Both the position numbers and the translations under genes were made by a program. A DNA stretch of 64,000 nt, from the NCBI GenBank assembly GCA_010093705.1, contig MU006092.1, positions 626,623 to 690,622 on the forward strand, given 5' to 3'. Each line of letters starts with the position of its first letter. Position 1 is the first letter of the stretch. The notes beneath the pieces were generated by a model. It was not told the origin of the DNA and ran no database searches. It worked only from the letters and a program-made list of their open reading frames with translations. Shown piece by piece: positions 38,625 to 50,170 of the stretch. This DNA is from Patellaria atrata CBS 101060. Taxonomy: Eukaryota.

Positions 38625-39227
38625 TTTTTTTTTAGTGAGATGAGATATCTCCATCTTGTGAGGCTAAGGGGTAATAAGATTCCGGGTTGCACGTGGATGT
38701 TAATTACGGAGGGAATGTTTTACCGATGCGCTTGAACACTTATAGTTAGAACCGGAACCGGCTAAACTTGCCCCCTCGACGTTTCTTTCAACCTCATCAG
38801 CTTGGGGAAACTTTTTCTTGGAATTTCCTTGTCCATATCATTGATACTGCATTCATACCTTCTACGGATTGCATTCATGAATGGCGAATATCAATTGCGT
38901 TATGCACCGATATCCGGAATCCTCGCATCCTAGCAAATTACGTGTCACGAATGGTTAAGACGAACACCCACAGCAGACTACTTTCAGATGTTAAACTGTC
39001 ATTCGATGCTCTGTCCGGTGATGATCGGTATCATGTAGTCCAATTCCAAGGATTGATTTTCCGCTTCTGGTCTTAGTCCCTCTCTTGACGGTCAACTTCG
39101 ACGTAGATGCAATGGTAATTCTTTAGAACTACAGTTTTGATAAAGTTGATAATCAGTCTAGTCTTTCTAGTTCTACGCATTTCTTTCTAAATCACTTCAT
39201 TTTCAAATACTACTTCCTTGATCAGAC

Positions 39228-40420
39228 ATGACAACTCTCCCCAAGACATTACCGGCATCTTGGTACTGTAGCCCCCAGCTGTACCAGTTGGAGCGGCGTG
39301 CTGTCTTCAATAAGGCTAGTTTGCATATATCGACTGTGTGAACTTGTTGTTCTAACATTTCACTCTTCACTTTCAGTCATGGTATCTTTTAGGTCCTGTA
39401 ACACGCTTTCAGATCGTTGGAGAAGACGTCCACTATGAGATTGCTCAGGTAGCGCTCATTGTGCGGCGAGAGTCTGATCAAGGAAACGACATTAAGGTCT
39501 ATAACGCTCAGGATGTTCGTTACCTTCGTTACCGGGTATTCCCTCATGTACGATCCAGGGCATCTGACCACATACCTTCCTAGGGGTCCGAACTTCGTAG
39601 ACACTTCACTGCTACCGGACTACTCTTCAGCACTATTTCAGATGATGCTATAGATTTCTACCAGTTTTTCCCCGACCTCGAGCCCATATTAGCTTCAGTC
39701 GATTTCACGAAGCTGCCATATAGGAGGAGCATCAAATATGAAGGAAATTTCAACTGGAAGACAATGTATCCTACGATCTTGCGGATCTTCCAAGGTGACA
39801 AGCAAAGATCTAACCTGTCTTAGGGTTGATGGTTATCAAGAGTGTCTTCATTGCCAGTACACTCATCCATCGTTCTCCGTATACTATCCACCAACGTTCT
39901 ACACGATCTTTAACCACAAGAACTTTTCTCAGCACGTAGCTGACCCGTCGAAACGGTCCGATGGTTTGTTCCTCTATTTCTTCCCCAATTGTACGCTAAA
40001 CGTTTACGGTGGGGGTATGTCCTCCTTCCGCATGTGCCCAACCGAAAATCCCGGAATCACCAGAATGGAGTTCGACTATTACCACTTAGAAACTGGTGAC
40101 AAGTTCGAGGATTACTTCAAATTCGTTCGGCAAGTTGCAATGGAGGATTTTGAGCTTTGCGAAAAGGCTCAGGACAACCTGCAAAACGGTATATACACGG
40201 AAGGGATACTCAACTCAGTCAAAGAAACCGGCGTTGCTTGTAAGTTCTCAAAGGAGTAGGTGATTGTGTACATTCTAACACGTAGCTCTGCGCAGTCTAC
40301 CAACGGCGGGTACTTGATCTTGTTGTTGCGCAGCATGCAGACGAACAGCGCACTTCTCGCGTCCAGATAACTAGCGCAGGTGCCATGCAGAATGAGCTGG
40401 TCGAGCCTGCAGGTGCATGA
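39228..40420 (+). CDS. Rieske-oxygenase (choline/carnitine monooxygenase-like) subunit A: catalytic domain intact, [2Fe-2S] subdomain absent; 315 aa
   Basis: Exons 39228-39314, 39377-39514, 39584-39765, 39824-40239 and 40296-40420 give an open frame: TLPASWY...LERRAVFNK/SWY...IKVYNAQD/GSELRRHFTATG...NFNWKTMVDGYQECLHCQYTHP...YFFPN...EDFELCEKAQ. No CxH...CxxH motif. Confidence 0.88.
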
Positions 40421-40834
40421 TCTGGTTTTCATCTCTTGTCAATCATTATCGTGTTATATGCTTCTAGTCAGGGTTAACGTAAAAAAAATGCAGTTTGGAG
40501 GAGCTTCCATTAATATATCCAGTCCCTGTAGGTGATGAAAAGTTGAGATATTCTTCTGTTATCCCATTTGTTGAAGCTATGCAAGTGAAGGGATTCGTTA
40601 TCCTAATTCGGTAGTCCCCTCTTGACTCAAGTCCTGTCTGCACCTCAACTCCTTACTGGTTCAAGACATTAACACCTGTTCGTAATAGAGTTAATTTTCT
40701 TTCTTGATAACAACATCTAGAAGTCGACGATAAGAATCAGAAATTTAATTTATGTGTATTTAAAGTTTCCTCCGTCGTCGTTGCTAGTTGAAATACAATT
40801 TCCTCTAGAAGCACTGATAGACACCTAGCGCATT

Positions 40835-42447
40835 ATGGACACCCCATTGAATCAATTGGTTATAGTAGGTCTTGTCGGTTCTGCAGTTACGAGCTTCTTA
40901 TTATACCATCATATCCAAGGGAAATTAGCTCGCACCGCGAAACATGGTGGGACATTAAACTTAGATACCTTCATACATCCCTCATATATGAATGACCTGG
41001 ATCAAGTCGACCCAGAGAATTCAATTGAAGTTTCCAAAGAGTCTGATTTTCCCGAGGGATGGTGGACATCTCCGGAGCTATTCGCACTAGAACGACGGTC
41101 CATATTCAGCAAGGTACGCAGCAACTCCAAAAATGAAGACGAGTGGACATTGCTATTCCCAAGACGAGAGCATTAGGTGTGAGTAATGAGCAGAAGGCGA
41201 AGTATACTCACACACTTCAGACATGGCTCCCCATCACCCACATCTCTCGCTTCGCTAAACCTGGATCATACATTTCCCTATCCATCGCGTCGTTTCCCAT
41301 CTTCTTAATCAAGGGGAAAGACAATATCGTCCGCGCTTTCCACAACGTATGCCGGCATCGAGCATATACCGTAGCTCGCAAGTCTGCCGGCTCATCCCTA
41401 GTGCTAGGTTGTAGGTATCATGGTTGGTCGTATGATACACAAGGTAAGCTAGTCAAGGCGCCACAGTTTGAAGGGATTGAGGGCTTTGATAAATCCAAGA
41501 ACTCGCTTTGGGAGATTAAGACTAAAACTGACGAGAGGGGTTTTGTGTGGATAAATATGGATGCTGGAAAAGACGTTGGCGAAGCAGATGTAGAACGGTT
41601 GGGAATGTTTCTAGGAGGGGAAAGGGGGTCAGCGAAGGGAGAGTGGGTCATGGGATGGGATACTGAAGGGAAGTTCGGGTGGAAAGTCGCTGGTGAGTTC
41701 TTCTTTTTGTACTGTACAGTAGCCCTGGTGAAATACTAACTGACGGTTTGGGTAGTTCAACAAGCAGCCCAAGCAGACGAAACTGATACACTACCCAAAG
41801 ACGAAAGCATCATCAATTCGATCCTCAACATCCTCTTACCTTCTACCACTCCTAGTTCTTCTAGACTCACCGTCTTCCCCGTTACTTCCATCGAACTTAT
41901 TCCGAACACCCCGCTCTGGCTTCTGCTTACCGTCTTACCATCATCTGCATCCACTAGTACGGTCAGATGTGAGGTTTTCACGCGTCGACCCGGAGAAAGG
42001 TATAAGGTCACACCAGAACTGCTCAAATCGATTCAAGAAAACGTTACATCCAGAGTCAAAGGACTCGAAGACACATATGCACCGCTCCGGGAGGAGATGG
42101 TCGCTACAGAGATCGATGGTAAGTTTATCCACATCCGTGGGTAGTACTTTGTCCCAAAAGATACTGATAGCATCAGAATCCCAAACGCCGATATTGGCGA
42201 TGCTAAGGGAGCATATCAGACTGGAGCAGCGTGCTGGGAGAGAGATACTTCCTGCTTCCCCGTTAAGGGACGAAGAGAGGGGATGTGGGATTGCGGAGAG
42301 ATGTAGGTTTGCTATTTGATCCCGTGGATTCCCTTTTCTATTTTGGTGCGTTCTAAAGCTGACGGAGATATAGTATGTAGAGAGCTTGATGACTCCGCTG
42401 GTGCTAGGAATAACAATGGTATGAAGTTAGGAGGGCTAGTCTGGTGA
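40835..42447 (+). CDS. Rieske-oxygenase subunit B: N-terminal TM, intact Rieske [2Fe-2S] motif, degenerate catalytic domain
   Basis: Exons 40835-41113, 41221-41692, 41756-42118, about 42171-42302 and 42374-42447. WWTSPELFALERRSIFSK/TW...AFHNVCRHRA...GCRYHGWSY...GKLVKAP; after GWKVA there is no E-x-x-H-x4-H and no EDxxxC Asp motif. Confidence 0.88.
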
Positions 42448-43130
42448 GAGACATGAACATCTATGAAGCGACGAATGGGAGCTCGGAATCAAGGCTGTGC
42501 TGCTGAATGGGTGGTGATAGGTGGATGAAGCGTATATTGCTTGAATTCAGGAACCCGCAGACTGCAGTTGGTGGTTTACAGCCCGAGTTCAAATATATGA
42601 ATAGGATGCAGAATATACGATTACCTTGTATCTTATTCTTATCATTCTCCACCTTAGTCTATAAGGGTTCGTTTATGGCGATTATACCAATTTGCTTTGA
42701 ATAGAAAACATAATTGATCTGATTAGGATCATTAAGAAGGGTTTGGCGTGGGGGGTTGGTTCGGGGTAAATTCTCACATTTACCGAAGTTGGGTTTCCTC
42801 GCAGTAGCGTCATGGTACATACAGACATCTCTGGTACCGACTTTTGACATTTATTCACACTCACCCTATCACCTACTCAACTATCCATACTATCTCTCTC
42901 TCCACGGAAAATTTCCAGAGAGTTCCTATAGCTACAATGATGATCTACTAAATATTCAGGTGTGTTTGCCCCTATATCTGATGCGCGAGGGTTAATACTA
43001 ATGCGCGGCATGTGATAGTTGGCATTTTACCGCATATTGTCCTTCTTACCCTACTATCCCTAACCACCACTTTTTATTTTTGGGAGTACCTGGGTCAGAT
43101 CTGAGGTGCGACGGTTGAACATCCCTAATA

Positions 43131-45523
43131 ATGGCTGCGCGACGAACAGCGAATCGGCTCGTCAGAGGGGCCCTCTACACTGCTGGTGCCACAGCAATTG
43201 GGGGAGGCATACTTTACATCTCCTACAGGCCTAGGGATATCCCGGGCTCGGAGGCGGCCGCGGTACCTCCTCCTACGTATGGAGAAGGGGGTGTATTCCG
43301 CCCTCCGAATTTTCCGGAGATCAAGAGTCGTGAGGAGCAGATTGTGGAGTTGAAGAGGAGCGGTGGGACGGTTACGCGCGCGGTGGAAGCTGCGAAGAGC
43401 AGTTTCCTCAGTAGTATTGGAACGATCTTTGGGAGCAGTCTTGTTGGGGAACAGAATCGGGTGACGGAAACTGAAAAGGAGGAACCGTATGATCTCCTAA
43501 TCATTGGGGGTGGTGCTACTGGGTCTGGGATCGCGGTGGATGCGGCAACACGGGGTCTTAGGGTTGCCGTTGTCGAACGGGACGACTTCAGTAGTGGGAC
43601 GAGTAGTAAGAGCACGAAGCTTGTCCACGGTGGAGTTCGGTATCTGGAAAAAGCCGTTTGGGAATTGGATTACTCTCAGTATGTCGTCAAGCGCGCATGA
43701 TGCTCTTAGCTGATAAGGTCGAAGGTACAAGTTGGTCAGGGAGGCGCTACGTGAAAGGAGGTACTTTCTTGACACCGCACCTCACCTCTCGCAATGGCTA
43801 CCTATCATGATACCCCTGGACAAGTGGTGGAAAGCCCCGTATTTCTGGGCCGGGACTAAGTTCTACGATTTTCTTGCTGGATCTGAGAATATCGAAAGCT
43901 CCTACTTCCTTACCAAAAGCAAAGCGCTAGATGCATTTCCCATGCTCAAAAAGGAAGATTTAGTAGGAGCTCTAGTATACTACGGTATGACTATGTATCT
44001 ACTCCTTCTCCCCGATGATTAAGAGCTGATGGATGAGTAAAGACGGCGCCCACAATGACTCCCGAATGAATGTCTCCCTCGCTATGACTGCGGCCCTCTA
44101 CGGGGCCACCGTGGTGAACTACCTCGAAGTCACCGATCTCATAAAGGACGCATCCGGCCGTGTCAACGGCGCTCGCGTCCGCGATCGCATCTCTGAACGC
44201 AACGGCAAAAATGCAGACGAGTTCACAATCCGCGCAAAAGGTGTAATCAACGCCACGGGTCCCTTCACAGACGCAATCCGCAAGATGGACGAGCCGACCG
44301 CACAGGAGATCGTCGCGCCGAGCTCGGGCGTGCATGTTATCTTGCCCGGTTACTACAGTCCCGCAAACATGGGATTGATAGACCCGAGCACCAGCGATGG
44401 ACGCGTTATTTTCTTCTTACCGTGGCAGGGAAATACGATCGCTGGCACAACGGATAGTCCGACGCATATAACGCAGAACCCCGTTGCAGGCGAGGAAGAA
44501 ATCGATTGGATCCTCTCCGAGATCAGGGGCTACCTACAGCCCGAGATCAACGTTCGGAGAGGCGACGTGTTAGCCGCTTGGAGCGGTATCCGACCTCTCG
44601 TGCGCGACCCCAAAGCCAAAAAAACCGAAGGTCTCGTCCGAAACCACTTAATCACCACCTCGACCTCGGGTCTAATAACCTGCTCCGGGGGAAAATGGAC
44701 GACATACCGGCAAATGGCCGAAGAAACCGTCGACGAGGCCCTTCAAGAATTCAACCTCCGCACCCATCCCCTCACCTCGCCCCCGCGCATCTCTGGCACA
44801 GAAGTTGAGGACGAAAAAGCTCTCTTCGACGGCACCTGCCAAACGCACCAGGTGCGCCTCGTCGGCGCGCACGGTTTCTCCAAAACCCTCTTCATCAACC
44901 TCATCCAGCACTACGGCATCGAGACCGAGGTGGCCAAACACCTCACCACGGCGTACGGCGACCGCGCCTGGACCGTCGCGGCCCTGTGCGCACCCACCGA
45001 GACGCGCTTCCCCGTCCGCGGCAAACGTCTGTCGCCGCTGTACCCGTTTGTCGACGGCGAGGTCAGGTTCGCAGTCCGCCATGAGTACGCGCAGACGGCG
45101 GTGGATGTGTTGGCGCGGCGGACGAGGCTGGCGTTTTTGAACGCGCAGGCCGCATTGGAGGCGCTGCCTGGTGTCATCGATATGATGGCTGAGGAGTTGG
45201 GCTGGGACAAGAAGAGGAGGGGCAGGGAGTGGAAGGAAGCTGTCAGGTTTTTGGGCAGTATGGGGTTGCCGAGGGGGAAGTTGGGGTTGACGAGGGAGGA
45301 GGTCGAGAGGGGGAGGGTCGGCAGGTATGTGGATGAGGAGTATAGGCTTTATGCTAGACATGGTGAGTTTTCTACGGCTTTTTTCTACGGCAAAGCATGA
45401 TTGATGGAACGGCGCGAATGCTAATTGCGAGCAGATAAACCGTCGGAACTCCTGGACTCGGATTCGAAGTTTAGGAGTGGGGAGAATCCGGTGCAGAAGA
45501 GTGATGCGCCGACGACTCAATAG
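43131..45523 (+). CDS. GUT2: Mitochondrial FAD-dependent glycerol-3-phosphate dehydrogenase
   Basis: DLLIIGGGATGSG, GTSSKSTKLVHGGVRYL, YYDG.HNDSR, INATGPF, WSGIRPL, GGKWTTYR and RRTRLAFL; introns near 43679, 43985 and 45363. Confidence 0.96.
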
Positions 45524-46180
45524 GGGTGAGTGAGGTCGGGGAATTGGGAAAGATAGTGCCCACCACGTGTTTGTTAGACCTGTTGTAAGCTTTATGTGAA
45601 GGGTAAGTGGAACTCTGGCTAGAGATGGCTGTTGGAAAGTACCCTTGATAGCATGGCGAGAGCGAGATATCATCTGGACTTTTGTTTCCACGGTTGACCG
45701 TACTGTAACTATCGCATTCATCCCGAGGTACAGTCCACGTACATCCTCATCTCTGACACCTCATTTCCTGACTCTCAAACTCGCCCAGATATATCAGTTC
45801 AATCCCACCCTTCACAACCCCCAGAGGTGAAATTTGCGGCAGATCCATATCATTCCCTCATCTAGCTGACACGACCGTTCCGTACCCCACGCCCTCAACA
45901 CCATCAACTTCAATCAACCATCAACCTCGTGGGAAAGCCGGACAGGACGTGTGGCGCGGGTCTGGCGGTCTTTCAGCTCACAAACCTCATCCGGGCAATT
46001 TTGTATGGATGAAGCTACGGAGCACGACCCAGACCCAGACCCAGTACGTTCAGGAGATTCGGATGGTTGTGCCGTACTGTTGGGCGGTGTGAGGTTGTTG
46101 TTGGGGGCTGGGCGCTGTTATTACCTTCACGGCCTTGGCCATGATTTGGTTTAGTTCAGTTACGTACCGGAGTAGAGGAG

Positions 46181-46375
46181 NNNNNNNNNNNNNNNNNNNN
46201 NNNNNNNNNNNNNNNNNNNNNNNNNNNNNNNNNNNNNNNNNNNNNNNNNNNNNNNNNNNNNNNNNNNNNNNNNNNNNNNNNNNNNNNNNNNNNNNNNNNN
46301 NNNNNNNNNNNNNNNNNNNNNNNNNNNNNNNNNNNNNNNNNNNNNNNNNNNNNNNNNNNNNNNNNNNNNNNNNNN
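46181..46375. other. Assembly gap (run of N)
   Basis: About 195 N characters. Confidence 1.
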
Positions 46376-47186
46376 GTATGGAGGTAATAAAAGCAGTGGC
46401 AAATAGCTAAGGGATGTAAGCTAGGAAACTGGGTGTCGGAGCGGAAGGGGCGAGGTTTTGATATAGTAGAGGGGAAACGGTGTGGGGAACGATCTCGACA
46501 GCGTCACACATGAAAGGGGAAATCGATGGAGCCAGGGAGACTGATTCTATTCTAGATTGGGTCTGCTCGCGCGAGACGTTGATGCTGCCATACACTGACC
46601 GGCTATGACCTACATATATCTACAAGAAAAGCCGGGATACAAACTCTCCATCAACTTCCCCTACCGTCTGTGGTATATCCGCGCCTCTCGACACTTTCTG
46701 CTGCTGTCTTGCTAGTCGTGATCTTTTCCATTGACGAAAACATAAGAGAAAAGCAAGGGGCTCGTAAGTGGACGGAATGACGTGCAGACACGCAAACACA
46801 CCATCTAATAAAGAATAAACAGAAGCGAATAGGGCTCAAGGTGCTAAGAAATCTGATATCAATAAGAAAGAAATGATAATGACATGAAACTCTTTGGAAG
46901 TCGAAAAAGAAAAGGAGAACGCCGTCTAATGCCCAATATGCAAGCTGTATCGATTAGGTTCCGAACCGCCCCCTCGCCACCCAAAAGCACGCCAGTGTGC
47001 TCCCGCACGTAAACACCGATGAGGTACATGCGTAATAGCATCCCTCTCGCTGGATGATGCGATAAAAAAAAAAAAAAAAAACCCGCAGAAAATATAATCG
47101 TGTCCGCAGAATGCAAAACCACTTTTTCTTTCCCTTTGCACCACTCTACTCATTTATATTATGTCGTAACGGTTGTGTTTTTCTGT

Positions 47187-48488
47187 CTAAAACATCCCAC
47201 CCTCTTCCTCCTCCCTCAAGCCACCATGACTTCTCTTCTTCCAGCCAAGCGAGCTTTTCACTTTTTTCCACCCTGGAATATTGACACTACCCGTGCTGCT
47301 CCTGTCTCCCGGTTGACCTCCGTAGACTTCGTTCCTGCTACTTCTTGGGCTGGGTGTTCCACCGCCAAAACCGTATTCGCTTCCTGGAGGTGTTGTTGGA
47401 GGAGTCATCGGACCGTAACTTCGATCCCCGTTTGAAACTACCGAGCCTGAAGAAGACGGTGTCATCCCATCTGATGCATCCGTCATAACAATATCTTGTG
47501 GTTGTGGTGAGGCCGATGACGACGAGTTCGAAGCGTTACTCCGCGCGTGATGCAGAGGAAAATGTGGACGGGTGGAGAAGGTTCGGGTCAAGCCAGAAAG
47601 CGAGTAGGAGAGCGAACTAGGGGCGGAAGCGCGTTGCTGACTATGTGGAGTTGAAGTAGATATTTGAGGTGCCGTTGAAGGGTGCGAATATTCCTGATTC
47701 TGTTGATGGTGGTATTGATACTGTTGCGATGAACTTTGAGAGTAAGATTGCGGCGGAGACCGGTATACCCGTTCATCGTAGGAGCGTGTGTGCGAGTGAA
47801 AGTTCTCGTCGCTGGTATCATACGCAGAGTCTGGATGTGCTGTCTGGGGACATAGACTGTTAAGAAAAGGAACCAGAACAGACTCTTCCATCAATTCGTA
47901 CACCTTCTCTACTGCTGGGGTGAGTGTATCGGGAGGTGGCGGGGAATAGAGATCTGATTGCGAGAGTATCCTATCACGGACGTCTGAAGGTAGGTTGACT
48001 TCCCGCGGGCCATTGGGTGCTATGTATGCTTCTAATAGCCGTCTCCAAAGCATTTTGACGTATTTGCACTCTTCACTAACTGGTGATATTTGTGCTTGCG
48101 GTGATCTTGCGATCATTTTGTTATAGTGTTTTCGGTACCGTGAGGCATCCATTGTGAACTCTAGGGTTTCTAAACAGTGATTTTGTGAGAGATATGCCAT
48201 AAACGCACTCAGCGTCCATGGTGGAGGAGCGGTGTTCGCTAATATTTCGGTGAGGTTCGGTCTCCGAGGACAGTATGGACCGGTAGCGAACGCTGATCTG
48301 GGTATTGCCACGGTCAAGGGCCGTGAATGTGCGTAATGTGAAGAGGAAGACATGCTGGACAGGCTGTCCACGCTCTCGTCGCTGAACGATGCAGACGAGC
48401 GAGGGGATGATTCTGCAGATGATTCGTGGGAATTGGTATTATTGGTGTTTAAAGTGAGGACGGGTGGATCGGATTTCCTCTTTTTCAT
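47187..48488 (-). CDS. rgsA: Regulator of G-protein signalling, RgsA/Rgs2 type
   Basis: RGS box PNLTEILANTAPPPWTLSAFMAYLSQNHCLETLEF...YIAPNGPREVNLPSDVR...LMEESVLVPF, followed by a Ser/Pro-rich tail with PMTPPTTPP. An upstream exon cannot be excluded. Confidence 0.88.
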   Translation of the reverse strand: MKKRKSDPPVLTLNTNNTNSHESSAESSPRSSASFSDESVDSLSSMSSSSHYAHSRPLTVAIPRSAFATGPYCPRRPNLTEILANTAPPPWTLSAFMAYLSQNHCLETLEFTMDASRYRKHYNKMIARSPQAQISPVSEECKYVKMLWRRLLEAYIAPNGPREVNLPSDVRDRILSQSDLYSPPPPDTLTPAVEKVYELMEESVLVPFLNSLCPQTAHPDSAYDTSDENFHSHTRSYDERVYRSPPQSYSQSSSQQYQYHHQQNQEYSHPSTAPQISTSTPHSQQRASAPSSLSYSLSGLTRTFSTRPHFPLHHARSNASNSSSSASPQPQDIVMTDASDGMTPSSSGSVVSNGDRSYGPMTPPTTPPGSEYGFGGGTPSPRSSRNEVYGGQPGDRSSTGSVNIPGWKKVKSSLGWKKRSHGGLREEEEGGMF

Positions 48489-49495
48489 AACGTTCCTCCA
48501 GAGATCTCTATAGCTTCGACCGGAAGACGACCTCTTCTGCTCGTGATCAACGCAAGTCCAACGTTGTGTCCGCGCACGGCGGATTCGTGGAGCCAGCTTG
48601 TCCTAGAAAGGGAGAGTGGGGATCGTACAACGTGTGGTGCGAGTTGCAACGGAGAAGCAGTTATAATGTACAGTTCTCTTATTATCGTGACATGGGGAGC
48701 GAGTTTCGTTGTGAGCCCCAAGAGATCCGGAAAGCGGGAAGCTGGTGGTACACGCAAGATACGTCCACAACGGTAACTCGCAATGCTTCACTGCAAAGTT
48801 TGCTTTTGATCGACCGCCAGAATGCAGATTGCAGATTGAAAACGATTCACTGCAGGATCGAGGTCGTGTTTGTGTGTCCTCCAACGCAAGTATATGCCCG
48901 TTTGGTGGAAACTAGCGCTGGACCTATCGTACACGCACGCAATTCCAGAACGCCTGTGAAGGTGATATGCTGTGTGAGTATGCCGGGTGTGCAACAGAAG
49001 GAGAGCTACCCGGATAGATGCAGACGCTTACGCTCAGCGCTCAGCGGTAGACAGTCAACAGGAATCAAGTATGCTAGGGCTATTAATTGATAATGCAGAA
49101 AACCGTGGCAAAGCAACAGGTACGATTAGTGAGCCGTAATTAGGACGTTGAGGCTGAAGCCTGGGTATGTTGGCTGATGTATGCGTCGTGGAAGCGACCG
49201 GTGCGAAACGCGCAGATGGGGTTAGATAGAGACACGAGGCTGAAAAGTCCAATCCCGGGCGCCGGCGGTGATGATGAAGATGATGAGGATGATGCGGCGA
49301 GGTGGGAGATTGTAGTTTTAAGTTGAAAGACAAAGGATGGGTAAGCAGGAAGTAGATAGATTTGTGAGTAGGCGGATGATGATTGATAGTATGTAAGAAA
49401 AGCAGCGAAGCAGTAGAACTACGCTTTCTAAGGGTCCTAGGTACAGTACAGTATGATGAGAGTGTACAGTACAACGGCGGGAAGGGTCCTTCTTT

Positions 49496-49497
<2 letters not shown>

Positions 49498-49569
<72 letters not shown>

Positions 49570-49584
49570 GTATGTGTATGTGTG
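49498..49584. repeat. (GT)n microsatellite with degenerate (GTAT/GTGT) tail upstream of the RGS gene
   Basis: About 31 perfect GT units, directly visible. Confidence 0.95.
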
Positions 49585-50128
49585 GGGGGTGGATAGCTCC
49601 TTAGGTGTTTGTCCAGAGTATGAATGTAGGTACAGTTCAGTGCTGTAGGTAGGGTAGTTGTGAGGAAGAATGATAATGGAAGAATGCCAACAGAATAATA
49701 ATGCAGTGTGGTGACCAGGGAAGAAACAGCGAACAGAGAGCGAGCAAAGGAAGAGTAGAGTGCCTCACAGTGCCTGGGTGATCATTGATTGAAGCGTCAA
49801 GGCGTGGAGAGTTGTGAGACACTAAAGAGACAACAACCTAAACCCAAGCCAACCCAAAGAAAGCACAAGCCGCAGTCAAGCCCTTGAACCGACCGGGCTT
49901 GGTGTCTTTGGCTCTTCTTGCTGTGTGTTCTAGCGTGCTTCGAAAATCCTTTGCTGCTTTGCCAGACTCAAGTACAGATACAGCACAAGTGTACGACAGC
50001 TTTTTTAAGGCGGTACAGTAACCCACGAGTACCACTGCTAACTGCGCTACAGTACTTAGTCCAACCATCTATAAGATCATAGCAGCCGATTATTGGATGT
50101 AAGGATATCAGACAGCGCAGATTGCACC

Positions 50129-50170
50129 CCTATCAGTTTCCTATCAGCTTCCTATCAGCTTCCTATCAGA
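50129..50170. repeat. Four tandem 11-bp repeats (CCTATCAGYTT), each containing a TGATAG GATA site
   Basis: cctatcagttt cctatcagctt cctatcagctt cctatcaga. Confidence 0.85.

Noticed and set aside
39228..42447. Reading the two Rieske genes as pseudogenes or as one fused gene
   Set aside because: Each has its own ATG, an open spliced frame, plausible introns and a stop, and each repeats the same N-terminal LERR motif. The losses are complementary rather than random.
44672..45721. 349-aa minus-strand ORF
   Set aside because: Antisense shadow of GUT2.
46135..46410. ORFs spanning X residues
   Set aside because: Artefacts of the N gap.
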